Assembly: GCA_024720975.1 (NCBI GenBank)
Contig: JANJXX010000002.1
Location: forward strand, 96,001-160,000
From: Thermoproteota archaeon
GTDB lineage: Archaea; Asgardarchaeota; Njordarchaeia; Njordarchaeales; Panguiarchaeaceae
Direction: 5' to 3'
DNA length: 64,000 bases
Numbering within the stretch: position 1 is the stretch's first letter; each line of letters opens with the position of its first letter. This document shows positions 48,912-60,449 of this stretch, in pieces. A program made the position numbers and the translations under genes. Under the pieces are notes generated by a model that saw only the letters and a list, made by a program, of their open reading frames with translations, searched no databases and had not been told where the DNA came from.

Positions 48912-49203
48912 ATCCGCCTTTGGGTTTCTCTTTTTCAGCACCCTCCGTTTTTACAGTCTTCTTGAGTTTTGATATCAGGGAGATTATATCTTTGAGAACA
49001 TAGCGCGCACTTTCGCTAAGACCACTTTCAGCTGATACAAGAAGCTTTAGAGCAGCATCTATGACCTCTCCACCACATTTGTTACGTTTTACATAACCCT
49101 CAAGTGTATGAACACATCTATAGGCACTAATGGAGTCGCCGTCTCTTAATGCATTTATAATGTCCCCAGCAAGCCCAAGGACGAGCCTCTCCTCACATGT
49201 CAC
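48877..49203 (-). CDS. Hypothetical protein with basic C-terminal tail
   Basis: 108-aa ORF translationally coupled to the Pop5 gene. Confidence 0.6.
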   Translation of the reverse strand: MTCEERLVLGLAGDIINALRDGDSISAYRCVHTLEGYVKRNKCGGEVIDAALKLLVSAESGLSESARYVLKDIISLISKLKKTVKTEGAEKEKPKGGFKHHKRVRHRR

Positions 49204-49568
49204 CTAGCAACACCATTAGCAGCTTTTAAGAATTCAATAAAGAGTTTCCGTGCGTTTAGTTCTTCCTTAAGCTTTCTGTATGTACCGGAACAGTACAAAT
49301 CATTAAGAATAACCGGTGTTCCCTTGATTTCTCTGAGCAAACCTAAAGCCGTTCTGAGACGCCTCAAGTCTTCACTTAAGCACTTTATTATGACCAAGCC
49401 TCGCTGTTCATCAAAGTCCTCAATATTAAAGATAACATCATAAAATGATCCAAATAGTTCGTATATCTTACGCTTAAGCTCCGCAACGAACTCATCCTTT
49501 GTTATGGTTCTGCTAGTTATAATCTCTAAAGCTAGCCATCTGTACTTTCTCCTAATCAAAGAAAACAC
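49200..49568 (-). CDS. rnp2: RNase P protein Pop5/Rpp14
   Basis: RRKYRWLA, ELFG, GLVIIKC, SGTYRK. Confidence 0.85.
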   Translation of the reverse strand: MFSLIRRKYRWLALEIITSRTITKDEFVAELKRKIYELFGSFYDVIFNIEDFDEQRGLVIIKCLSEDLRRLRTALGLLREIKGTPVILNDLYCSGTYRKLKEELNARKLFIEFLKAANGVAR

Positions 49569-49636
49569 CTAACAGAGACTTATAATAATTACTAAACAAA
49601 CAAGAAATTTGCAATTTTCGAGATGTAGATAATAAA

Positions 49637-50551
49637 TTACAGGCTAGTCATTAAACTGAGAGAAAGCGCGGCCAAGAGAGGAAAGAGTATGTTATCATTA
49701 ATTGTTATGCGAGAAGCACCATTTATAAAATCAAGTATCGCCACTATTAAAGACGCCGGTATGGCAATCCACCCCACGATGAGATAGCCAGCAAGAGAAC
49801 CTGTGATGAAGTTCGCTAAGAATCCTTCCAAACTCCTATCGTTTAGTGCTATTCTTCTGCACTTCTTACCGATTATACATGCAGCCAAGTCAGCTAAAAA
49901 TGCAATGGCTATTGCTGCAGCAACTATATCATCATGAGGAAAGAATAACAACGCAACAAGATAAACTGCCGCTGCTGAATATAAATATGAAGCCAATTGA
50001 TTAAGTTCTTTCTCCCTTAACAATACACCAAAAATCGCAGGTTTATAATTGAGTCTCAAAAACTCAATAAAAGTAAACAGCATCAATAGCGCAAGCGCAA
50101 CGGCAAACAACAAAAGACACAAAAAGCCCTCATCCCGCTTTGTAATGAATATCCCAAATGTTGCATATGTACCATCAATGACAAAATTGTATATTTGACG
50201 GTAAAGATGTTTTGGAACAAATAATGCTAGGGCAATTAAATGAAAAGTCTTACGCTTAACTTCATCAATATATGTTTTATTATTTACTACTTTTATCTCG
50301 ACGCGTCCTGTAGCAAATGTTATGAAAATAACTATAAGAATCACGACTGGCAATATAAAGGCAGCAGCGATAGCTAGAAAATATTCCTCTGCCGGCGTGA
50401 ATGGATTCATTCGAATAATATAAAGCAACCCCCACATCATGAGACCTACCAGAAACGCTTCACTTTGAATGCTAGCATGCTTCTTTAGGGCTATGTAGCT
50501 TATAATCGCTGTCATTAGAACTTGAGCCAGTATTAGAAACACTACTTGCAC
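49637..50551 (-). CDS. Dolichol/phytol kinase-like CTP-dependent membrane kinase
   Basis: EVKRKTFH, LLREKE, ADLAACIIGK, RSLEG, NDN; multi-TM. Confidence 0.8.
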   Translation of the reverse strand: MQVVFLILAQVLMTAIISYIALKKHASIQSEAFLVGLMMWGLLYIIRMNPFTPAEEYFLAIAAAFILPVVILIVIFITFATGRVEIKVVNNKTYIDEVKRKTFHLIALALFVPKHLYRQIYNFVIDGTYATFGIFITKRDEGFLCLLLFAVALALLMLFTFIEFLRLNYKPAIFGVLLREKELNQLASYLYSAAAVYLVALLFFPHDDIVAAAIAIAFLADLAACIIGKKCRRIALNDRSLEGFLANFITGSLAGYLIVGWIAIPASLIVAILDFINGASRITINDNILFPLLAALSLSLMTSL

Positions 50552-50671
50552 CAGGTCAACAGTAGCGGCTAAAACTTATCCAAAGGTTTAAAAGTAAAGT
50601 CGGGGATTGCGTGATAAAGTCGAATTAGTAAATCTTAATCGTACATAATAAAGGAATATAAAAACCCAATA

Positions 50672-50953
50672 CTATACAATACTTTTTATAGCCTCTACGA
50701 TTCGCTTTCCCCTGTCTGTTATCCTTATTGTCCATGCATTAACTCTTGGAGTTATCTTCTTTACAGCAATTCTAACAAGACCAACTTCAGCCAGGAGTAA
50801 AACTGCCTTTCTCACTGCTTTATACTTTGAAAAGCCCAAGTGAATCAATATGTCAGTGAGCTTCATTTCCCCGTATTTGTCTAGGAGGTATAGCACTAAT
50901 ACTGAAAATGGCGAAGAGAGTGCTTGTAGTATAAGCTCTAGACTCAAATACAA
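50672..50953 (-). CDS. Small winged-helix DNA-binding protein
   Basis: ArsR/MarR-like pattern ending in ITDRGKRI. Confidence 0.75.
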   Translation of the reverse strand: MYLSLELILQALSSPFSVLVLYLLDKYGEMKLTDILIHLGFSKYKAVRKAVLLLAEVGLVRIAVKKITPRVNAWTIRITDRGKRIVEAIKSIV

Positions 50954-51264
50954 CCCCCAATAATCATAGAGTAAAAATAGTTAGAAAGACTTAAAAACGT
51001 AGAATACGAAACATGAGGCACTGCATTGACTCTAATAGATCCCAGAAAAACACAGAACTAAAGTCTCTTAATGTATACAATAAGACGATTTAATAATAGT
51101 CTGATACTGTGAATTTCACAAAAGGGTGTTTCAACCTATTACATTTAGCCAACAAAAATCATCAGTAAGCACCCTGTATAACAGACATCAACTTCACAAG
51201 TGCCACTTCCTGTGAACAAAACTTGTTAACTTTGCGAATCTATTGAACCTAGCTAGCATCGTTT

Positions 51265-51285
51265 CTCCAGTGGAAATGGGGGGTC
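51265..51285 (+). promoter_or_regulatory. Origin recognition box (ORB)
   Basis: Matches the archaeal ORB consensus TCCAGTGGAAA plus G-string. Confidence 0.8.
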
Positions 51286-51624
51286 TTGAAAAAACAGACT
51301 AGAATCAGACTTTCAGAGACAATATAATTGCTAGAGGCATATCTGAAAGGCTCAACAGTTTCTACAAGAACTCAGTGACCCAAGTGAATCCCTGTAGACC
51401 CCTGGTCTTCCTATATAGTTAATATCAACATATTTGTGAATCGTGCTGTTATACGTGAACTATACGCGAAGCATATCCTAGTTTCACATTCTCTAACTTC
51501 CAATAGTGAAGTTAACTATCCACCTAACAGCTTAGATTTTAGTTCCATGATTGAATGCTTCTTCTCTGTAGAAAGTCGTCTTTGGCGGGGCTTTTTGTTA
51601 TTGGTGTTCGGATGTTATTGGGTG

Positions 51625-51646
51625 CTTCAATGGAATTTAAGGGGTC
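51625..51646 (+). promoter_or_regulatory. Second ORB-like element
   Basis: TTCAATGGAA..GGGGTC, same orientation as the first ORB. Confidence 0.6.
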
Positions 51647-52003
51647 ATCACATTCACTTGCGAAGATAGTTAGGTAAATAAGGATTCCTGTAAATTGCCC
51701 ATGGTGGGAGAATGTCGTTGTATTTGTCCTCAGCTGGTGCCATATGTAAGTCAAGTAGCAAAATTGTCTGATTAACTGCCGAAGTATGGCATTAATTGAT
51801 TTAGGAGACTTTCACTCGAGGATAAATTACTGACTCCTATTTCCCTAAAGTATTATCTACACTGCTTGCTCATGGTTTTGATTCTGTGAAAGTTAGATAG
51901 CTTAGCATATCTATTCGTGTATTCGTTGCGTATAACGTTCGATATACACTTCACTTTAATTTCACTGCATGATGATTACCATTGGTAATCTTGGTAGGAC
52001 TAG

Positions 52004-52486
52004 ATGCCGACATTGAATATTAAAGTGAAAGTAGGAGATACTGAGGTAGAAGTTAAAGCAGATGGTACTTTGGATAAGGAAACTATTCATGCTATTAGGA
52101 GCATCTTAGCCCCTCTCGCGTCTAGAATTCCGTCTGCCGCTGCTGTTAGGGACAATGCTAGTCTGAATAATAACACTGATGACATTGCTGTAAATAGTCA
52201 GGATGCATTTGTGAGGAATGTTAACTTGTATGCCAAATTTAAGGAACTAATGCTTAACGTGTTCAAGCTTGGACAGTGGTTTACGTCTATTGATGCTAAA
52301 GAAGTGTTCCATGATACTTATGGGATCCTTCTGAAGTCGTCAACTGTGACGACATATCTCCGTCGTATGGAGGATGAAGGGCTACTGACGTCTAAGAGAC
52401 AAGGACGCCTATTGCAGTTTAGGATTTCAGCAGTTCCTCTCTATGCAACTCTTGCAGAATCGGAATTTAATGAACTTAAAGCTTAG
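52004..52486 (+). CDS. Winged-helix protein with N-terminal beta-hairpin domain
   Basis: N-terminal IKVKVGDTEVEV, low-complexity linker, C-terminal FTS...SSTVTTYLRRMEDEGLL wHTH. Confidence 0.8.
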   Translation: MPTLNIKVKVGDTEVEVKADGTLDKETIHAIRSILAPLASRIPSAAAVRDNASLNNNTDDIAVNSQDAFVRNVNLYAKFKELMLNVFKLGQWFTSIDAKEVFHDTYGILLKSSTVTTYLRRMEDEGLLTSKRQGRLLQFRISAVPLYATLAESEFNELKA

Positions 52487-52493
52487 GTCTGGT

Positions 52494-54109
<1,616 letters not shown>

Positions 54110-54195
54110 TTATCTTAATTCTCCTTGAATTAACTAGCAGTAGTGTTAATTCTTGATCAATGATACACTACGTACGCATTGATCGGTGAAAGAAA

Positions 54196-55119
54196 GTGGA
54201 GGATGAGGTTAGAGAGCCCGCGGTTGCCGGTTTCTTTTATCCAGGAAGTGTGACGGAACTTATGAAATGTTTAGAGTGGTGTTTTAAACATGAGTTGGGT
54301 CCTCAGAGAACTCCAGGAGAAGTAGAACCATCAGGTAAGTATAGAATAAAAAGTGCTATAGTTCCTCACGCAGGATATATATACTCTGGACCTTGTGCTG
54401 CTCATGTATATGTTACAATAAAAGAAGATCGTGTGCCAGAGACTATAATTATACTAGGACCAAATCACACAGGATATGGTGCGCCAGTTAGTGTATTCCC
54501 CAGGGGCATTTGGCGCACGCCACTCGGAGATACGAAGGTGGATGACACAATAGCAGAAAAGTTGGCTTCAATGGAACCTTTCAAAGCTGATAAGCTTGCG
54601 CATCTTGAAGAACACTCAATAGAGGTTCAAATACCATTCTTGCAATATGTGCTTAATAAGGAATTCAAGATTGTTCCAATTGTCTTAATGGACCAAAGGC
54701 TTCGCACTGCAAGAGAAGTAGCGGGAGCCATTTATGATTTGATGCAAGAAGTTGATAAAGACATCATAGTGCTTGCTAGTAGTGATATGAGTCACTATGT
54801 ATCTCAAAAGTCTGCATATGAGAAGGATTTGAAGGCTCTCGAATACGTTATAAATCTAGATATCGAGGGCTTTTACGATGTTGTCGAGCAGGATAATATA
54901 ACAATCTGTGGTGTTGGGCCCATAGCAGTTGCTGCACTTGTTGCAAAGTCATTTGGTATTCAAGGTGCGCTCCTTAAATATTACACTAGTGGTGACATTT
55001 CTGGGGATAAAACCGCGGTTGTTGGTTATGCGTCGTTAGTGTTTGGAGAGAATCCACCTAGAACTGAGAGATCAAGAGTCAGAAGAGAAAAAATAAAGGA
55101 GGCTCCATTGGTGGCGTGA
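54196..55119 (+). CDS. MEMO1-family protein
   Basis: REPAVAGFFYP, PHAGYIYSG, GPNH, EHSIEVQ, SSDMSHY, CG, VVGYAS. Confidence 0.93.
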   Translation: MEDEVREPAVAGFFYPGSVTELMKCLEWCFKHELGPQRTPGEVEPSGKYRIKSAIVPHAGYIYSGPCAAHVYVTIKEDRVPETIIILGPNHTGYGAPVSVFPRGIWRTPLGDTKVDDTIAEKLASMEPFKADKLAHLEEHSIEVQIPFLQYVLNKEFKIVPIVLMDQRLRTAREVAGAIYDLMQEVDKDIIVLASSDMSHYVSQKSAYEKDLKALEYVINLDIEGFYDVVEQDNITICGVGPIAVAALVAKSFGIQGALLKYYTSGDISGDKTAVVGYASLVFGENPPRTERSRVRREKIKEAPLVA

Positions 55120-55155
55120 TAGCTCTTAATATATGAGATTTTAAGGAAGCACCAG

Positions 55156-55560
55156 GTGAGCGCAATGGGCTTTGGTTTGGAGCTGGAAATAAGGAATGTT
55201 AAACTTAAGGTGCCAACTGAGCAAAAAGGAGGAATTTCAAGATTGACATCATCGCCATTTCCATTTGCTGAGATATTAGTATCTGACGACAAACTCAAGG
55301 CGCGGCTTCTTGCGAGGTTCTCCAACCTGGAGGGCTCTGTACCCTCACTAGATTCTATACTCAGAGCGTTGCAATCCGTGGTTGATTTTGCGGTACCAGT
55401 GTTCATACGGGTAGGTCAGTTCTATGAGTTAAAAATTGATCTCGATAAGAAATTAGTTACCGCGACAGGACTTGCCGATGGAAGAACAAAGACATTTAAA
55501 CTTGAAGATGTTAGGAGATTTAATCTCGGGGAAATTTGGCGTAGGATTTATGAGTTCTAG
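55156..55560 (+). CDS. Hypothetical protein
   Basis: 134-aa ORF with an AGGTGA SD, filling the gap between the MEMO1 and ABCE1 genes. Confidence 0.6.
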   Translation: MSAMGFGLELEIRNVKLKVPTEQKGGISRLTSSPFPFAEILVSDDKLKARLLARFSNLEGSVPSLDSILRALQSVVDFAVPVFIRVGQFYELKIDLDKKLVTATGLADGRTKTFKLEDVRRFNLGEIWRRIYEF

Positions 55561-57365
55561 TCTCGTGTGTAATAGTACTCTCCCCTAGCTTTTTGTTCTA
55601 TATCCAATCTTGAGCCTATCTTGTTAATTCTTGGCCTATATGTCTCGGGGTCTCTTCTGAATGTTATTCCTAAGTATTTTAAAAAGGTATTCATGCCCTC
55701 GCGAAGGCTTAGTGGTTTCGAAGCTTGGCCTCTAATTCCTGGTTGTCCGTCGAATACGATTATACGATCGCTGAAGTAATCTAGTAAGAGTATATCGTGT
55801 TCAACAACCACGATACAACACTGCTTTCTTTGGGCTAACTCCCTTATCGCTTTGGCTACCAGAAATCTATCCTCGGCTGATATATATGCCCCAGGCTCGT
55901 CAAGTACGTATATTTCGGCATCTCGTGCCAACGTTGTTGCAATAGCTACTCTTTGTAGTTCGCCTCCAGATAACTCATCTAGTCTTCGGTCTAGGATGTA
56001 TTCTAGATCGAAAGGATTGATAACGAAGTTTTTAAACCATGGATCGCTCATAGCTCTTGGATTGACTGATCTAATCTTTTCGTTAACCGTCATCCAATAC
56101 TCATCCCCAAGAAACTCCTGGAGATATTGAGGTTTGTACGACATTATAATGCCGCCTGGTGGTTCATAATTGCCCTCATCGGGTCTGATAATTCCTACTA
56201 GTAACTTCAGGAATGTTGTTTTTCCGATAGCATTAGGACCAGCAATACCAATAACTTCCCCCTTGGTTAGTTGTCCGCTCTCAACAATGAGCTCAAAGTC
56301 ACCTAGTTTTTTCTTCATAGCTGGGTAACTAAGTATAATTTCCTGTCCGATTTCGGGTCTTTCAAATACAGCCTGATGAAACTTTATGGGTGTATCACGG
56401 AAGAGATAGTTCTCAGCGGGATCGTATCCATTTAAGAATACATTTATACCTTCTCTAGCACTTTTAGGCTTTGAAACTATTCCAAAAGCTCCGGGAGTAC
56501 CATAGTACAGGCAGACTTTGTCACTCATGTAGTCAAGCATTGCTAAGTCATGTTCGGCTACTACAACGGTCTTTTTTTGTTCAGACGATAAGTTATATAT
56601 TATGTTTGCAATTCGAAGTCTTTCTCGAATATCTAGATATGACGATGGCTCGTCAAATAGATATACGTCAGCATTTTTTTCAAGTGCTATTGCAATAGCT
56701 AATTTCTGGAGTTCCCCTCCGGCCAGCTCTGTAGTTTTCCTGTTTAGAACTTTATTGAGGAGTAATTCTTCAACGATGATATCCATAATACCGCGTTCGT
56801 CATGTTTTTCCAGTATATTACGCACTGAGTCTTTAACTACGTGTGGTATTGCGTCAACTTGTTGAGGTTTGTAAACAATTCTAAGTCGCTTATTGGCCAG
56901 CGCCTCGAAATAGTTCTGCAATGTAGTACCTCGAAATCTTTCGAGAATTTCGTCCCAATCTAATGACTGCTCATATTTTCCAAAATTGGGTCTAAGCAGG
57001 CCCGCTAGTATCTTCAGAGAGGTGGATTTTCCAGTACCATTTTGTCCGACTAGTCCTGTAACTTCGCCTTCGCTTATCAAAGGTAATCTATACAACTCAA
57101 ATTGGTTTGGACCATACCTGAAGATAAGATCTTTTTCTAGAGGGGCTGGTACGCGAGCGATTTTAATTGCTCGAAAATTACAGGCTCTAACGCACAAACC
57201 GCAACCAATGCATAGGCTTTCGTCTATTATAGGAAAGCCATTTTCGTCCGTGTTAAAGACTTTCTGACCCGAACGCTGTGGTGGACAAATTTTCATACAG
57301 TTATATGGGCATCTCTTAGGATTGCACCTGTCATGGTCTATGATTACCACTCGCTTTTCTTTCAA
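55557..57365 (-). CDS. Ribosome recycling ATPase ABCE1/Rli1
   Basis: N-terminal Fe-S domain, two ABC domains, GITFRRD...RPRINK.GS. Confidence 0.96.
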   Translation of the reverse strand: MKEKRVVIIDHDRCNPKRCPYNCMKICPPQRSGQKVFNTDENGFPIIDESLCIGCGLCVRACNFRAIKIARVPAPLEKDLIFRYGPNQFELYRLPLISEGEVTGLVGQNGTGKSTSLKILAGLLRPNFGKYEQSLDWDEILERFRGTTLQNYFEALANKRLRIVYKPQQVDAIPHVVKDSVRNILEKHDERGIMDIIVEELLLNKVLNRKTTELAGGELQKLAIAIALEKNADVYLFDEPSSYLDIRERLRIANIIYNLSSEQKKTVVVAEHDLAMLDYMSDKVCLYYGTPGAFGIVSKPKSAREGINVFLNGYDPAENYLFRDTPIKFHQAVFERPEIGQEIILSYPAMKKKLGDFELIVESGQLTKGEVIGIAGPNAIGKTTFLKLLVGIIRPDEGNYEPPGGIIMSYKPQYLQEFLGDEYWMTVNEKIRSVNPRAMSDPWFKNFVINPFDLEYILDRRLDELSGGELQRVAIATTLARDAEIYVLDEPGAYISAEDRFLVAKAIRELAQRKQCCIVVVEHDILLLDYFSDRIIVFDGQPGIRGQASKPLSLREGMNTFLKYLGITFRRDPETYRPRINKIGSRLDIEQKARGEYYYTRD

Positions 57366-57448
57366 AATACTCGCACCAGGAATGCGATACTATGATTCTA
57401 CGCAATATATTGACCTATTGTGGGATTAAAAGATCAGGTGAGTGTCAT

Positions 57449-58189
57449 TTGCGCACGATCGTAATTCTGGGTCCAGCCGGGTCTGGAAAGTCTGTCTTGG
57501 CGGGTGCCATAACTCATATGCTGCAGGATATGGGTATGGATGCACTGATACTCAACCTAGACCCAGCGGCAATCACATACCCTTATGATGAACCTGACAT
57601 TGACATTAGGAAGTATGTAAGAACTGAGCGCGTCATTAGGAAATTTAATTTGGGGCCAAATGGTGGCTTGATTGCGTCGATAGATATTGCGGCTAAGTTT
57701 AGTCGTCGGATAAAGCGAGAGATTATAGAGAATGGACCTGAGTATTTGGTGGTGGATACACCTGGCCAACTAGAGATTTTTGTTTTTCGTAATGCTGGAA
57801 TAATTCTTCTTAGAGAGGCAATCTTAAGTATTCCAGATAATAAGTCGTTAGCGGTATTTCTGTTCGATCCTTTTCTATGCTCAGATTTAAATTCGATGTT
57901 ATCTCTGCTTCTACTTGCTGCGAGTGTTTCGTTAAGGATTCAGATGCAGATTCTGGGGGCTTTGACAAAGATTGATATTATTCCAGAGGCAGAAACAAAG
58001 AGAATCTGGAACTTGCTAAGCGATCCAAGGCAAATACTACTGCAAATGCAAGAGAGTAATGTAACCTCACCCATCAGGAAGATAAATCCTTACGCAATAA
58101 AGCTAGATGTATGGCCAGTCTCAGGGATTTCAGGGGAGGGATTAAAAGAATTCTTAACAAAAATAGAGGATCTTCTCGGGGAAGATTAG
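57449..58189 (+). CDS. GPN-loop GTPase (paralog 2)
   Basis: GPAGSGKS, NLDPA, LGPNGG, DTPGQLE, TKID. TTG start after the AGGTGA SD. Confidence 0.92.
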   Translation: MRTIVILGPAGSGKSVLAGAITHMLQDMGMDALILNLDPAAITYPYDEPDIDIRKYVRTERVIRKFNLGPNGGLIASIDIAAKFSRRIKREIIENGPEYLVVDTPGQLEIFVFRNAGIILLREAILSIPDNKSLAVFLFDPFLCSDLNSMLSLLLLAASVSLRIQMQILGALTKIDIIPEAETKRIWNLLSDPRQILLQMQESNVTSPIRKINPYAIKLDVWPVSGISGEGLKEFLTKIEDLLGED

Positions 58190-59724
58190 GGAGTCAAAAA
58201 CTCCTCCTCAATTGCTTCTTTGGCAATTTCGTATAACTCATTTGCATAGTCTAGGCCATGTGTTTCTAGCCAGGTCTTGTACTCCTCAGCTTTCTTGATT
58301 GCCCACTCATATAATTCGCGTGAGATTATACCCTGCTCGAGGTACTTCTCCAATTTTTTCCTGTCGATTATAGTAATATTGTTCTCGTAGGTTCTTACGA
58401 CATCAATTTCTAAGTCTATATATCGTATTGAGTGTGGATAGATCTCTATCGGAGTGTTTATATTGACGTATATTCCTTTAAGCTCAAGATTCATTGAATA
58501 GTATGCCGTCAGAAGCTTTGTGTCTCCCTCCCTGGCCACAGTGATTCCGAAGTCACCAGACTCTCTTGGTGCGTTAATTCCATCATAGTAGCTACCTGAA
58601 GAGAAGCGTCTAAACATTATATATTCGAGGCCGTCATCTGTGTTTTGAGCTTTAATAATTTTTGCGGGGCCTAGAATAATCCTCTTCATCGTTGGCTTTA
58701 TGTGATGTATTGATATCACATCTCCTTTCTTTGGTAGTATATTTTTCCTTATGAAATCGACAGCCAATCTTGAGAGCTCTTCGAAATTAAGACTTTTATA
58801 GTTGCATCCGAGCTCCTCTATAAAATCTATTAGCAAGCTGGGTGCTTTTCCTAGAGTCTTAATCCAGTGGTGTCCTTTGACAGTTGGAGTGACTTCTGAT
58901 CGGATCTTATCAAGCGTCATTTTCGAATTTTGGGGAAAAATTACTGTGAGTATGTTTATGCCTTCTCGTATTTGAGTGAAGGCAGGAATTTTCTCTAAAC
59001 TCTTCTGGAACTCCTCAGCATATTTATGAAGACTTTTGAGCTCGTCACTTATTGCATCGAGAGACGCTTGCATAGCTGAGGTTCTGAAGATTATTCCCCA
59101 GCCGGGCGGCCTTAGAATGTTGCCTATATCGAGAAGTTCGACTTTTCGGGGGCCTTTAATCTTCCTAGATGCCTTAATTATTTCCTTTTGCAGCAAAACA
59201 ACAAACTCGCCGGGTATTGAGATAAATTCCGTGAGGAGAATTCTTTTACTTTTCTGATCGTAGCCCTTTACCTCAACGACAACGAGGTCCCCTTCCTTAT
59301 ATTGTTGTCGGGCTTCCTCGCTTGGTAGGAATCCCTCTTGGTTTATTGAGAATCGTACAATATAACCATCTTTAAGTTTCTGTGTTACTACTCCCCTCCA
59401 GATGCTATTCTTTGCATAAGGTTCCTGATAGGCAATGACGTCGCTGAAATTTTTAAATAGGATCTCTTTAAGCGTGGGTGTAAGGCGCTCCAAACTTTCG
59501 ATTGATGCTCGGGACCCTTTTGCTTGGATATCTATGTGAGGACTCAGGTATTGTAAGCTGTCAAACTTGAATCTTTCGCAGACCTTAGGACTTGGCTGTG
59601 TTATTTCGAAGCCATGTTCCAAAAAAAGTTTAGTTAATGCAGTTGAGTAGGGACCGCGAATCCTTACCCGGATTTTGCTTGTATCAGTTGGAATGTCAAA
59701 CAACCACTTTCCCAAGACAAACAC
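58186..59724 (-). CDS. FAU-1-like RNA-binding protein / ribonuclease
   Basis: RIRGPYSTALT, S1 domain, PTVKGHH, YYDG, YVNINTPIE..YIDLEIDVV (DUF402). Confidence 0.88.
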   Translation of the reverse strand: MFVLGKWLFDIPTDTSKIRVRIRGPYSTALTKLFLEHGFEITQPSPKVCERFKFDSLQYLSPHIDIQAKGSRASIESLERLTPTLKEILFKNFSDVIAYQEPYAKNSIWRGVVTQKLKDGYIVRFSINQEGFLPSEEARQQYKEGDLVVVEVKGYDQKSKRILLTEFISIPGEFVVLLQKEIIKASRKIKGPRKVELLDIGNILRPPGWGIIFRTSAMQASLDAISDELKSLHKYAEEFQKSLEKIPAFTQIREGINILTVIFPQNSKMTLDKIRSEVTPTVKGHHWIKTLGKAPSLLIDFIEELGCNYKSLNFEELSRLAVDFIRKNILPKKGDVISIHHIKPTMKRIILGPAKIIKAQNTDDGLEYIMFRRFSSGSYYDGINAPRESGDFGITVAREGDTKLLTAYYSMNLELKGIYVNINTPIEIYPHSIRYIDLEIDVVRTYENNITIIDRKKLEKYLEQGIISRELYEWAIKKAEEYKTWLETHGLDYANELYEIAKEAIEEEFLTP

Positions 59725-59763
59725 CTTGATATTCTTTCTGCGATGAACTCAGCATTGGACAGT

Positions 59764-60432
59764 TTAGGTGTAGGTCTCGATGTATGAGAGTTTGATATGC
59801 TTATTTATTTCGTCTGGACTTAGCCTCTGGAATCCTTCCTCACGGGATATTATTACAAGGTCTACGCCATCTCCACTAAAAACATCGCGGAGTATAGCTG
59901 ATCTCAAAGCGGTTAGTACCAGTTTAATTGCATCATCGCGTGTTAAATCATCTCTGAATCCATCCTCTAGTACTCCAAGGGCTATGGGAGAACCGCTACC
60001 AGTGGCAATGAATTTTTCTTCTTGCATGCTGCCGGCGTGGTCTAGGAAAACTATATGCGGTCCAGTTGCGTCAACGCCTGCAACTATGAAGTGATTTACG
60101 AAGGGGATCAGTCTCTTAAAGTAGGAATGCATCACATTGGATAATAGGTTAACCAGTTCTAAGACAGTTGGATCTCTTTCAACATTAAGTTTGAAAGTTT
60201 GAGCGCGAGTTTGTAACCATCGAACTAGGACCTGAGCATCCGCAACAGCGCCTGATATCGTCATTGCTATGTAGTTAGTAATTTTATGAATTTTCACAGC
60301 TCTCTTGGAGGCGATTAAATAGCCAGCAGACGCGCGCCGATCAGCACCAAGAATTACTCCCTCCTTAAATACCAAACCTACAGTTGTCGTACCGTGGATG
60401 AGTTTGTTTTTCATTTCGTTGTCGAATGCCAC
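59764..60432 (-). CDS. psmB: Proteasome beta subunit
   Basis: Propeptide then HG-TTT, ADRRAS, GAVADAQ, TGSGS, RD..SG. Confidence 0.95.
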   Translation of the reverse strand: MAFDNEMKNKLIHGTTTVGLVFKEGVILGADRRASAGYLIASKRAVKIHKITNYIAMTISGAVADAQVLVRWLQTRAQTFKLNVERDPTVLELVNLLSNVMHSYFKRLIPFVNHFIVAGVDATGPHIVFLDHAGSMQEEKFIATGSGSPIALGVLEDGFRDDLTRDDAIKLVLTALRSAILRDVFSGDGVDLVIISREEGFQRLSPDEINKHIKLSYIETYT

Positions 60433-60449
60433 GAATATGCACCTATTTT

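Larger units (their letters stand above)
50954..52003. other. Putative chromosomal replication origin (oriC)
   Basis: About 1 kb non-coding region with ORB CTCCAGTGGAAATGGGGGGTC at 51265-51285, a second ORB-like CTTCAATGGAATTTAAGGGGTC at 51625-51646, and an A/C-rich to T/G-rich transition. Confidence 0.75.

Noticed and set aside
51436-51754. Two short ORFs in the large intergenic region
   Set aside because: No recognisable motifs. They overlap each other and the ORB/repeat elements.
51969-51992. ATGATGA as a C box of another sRNA
   Set aside because: No suitably spaced D'/C'/D boxes. The same applies to GATGATGA at 5181.
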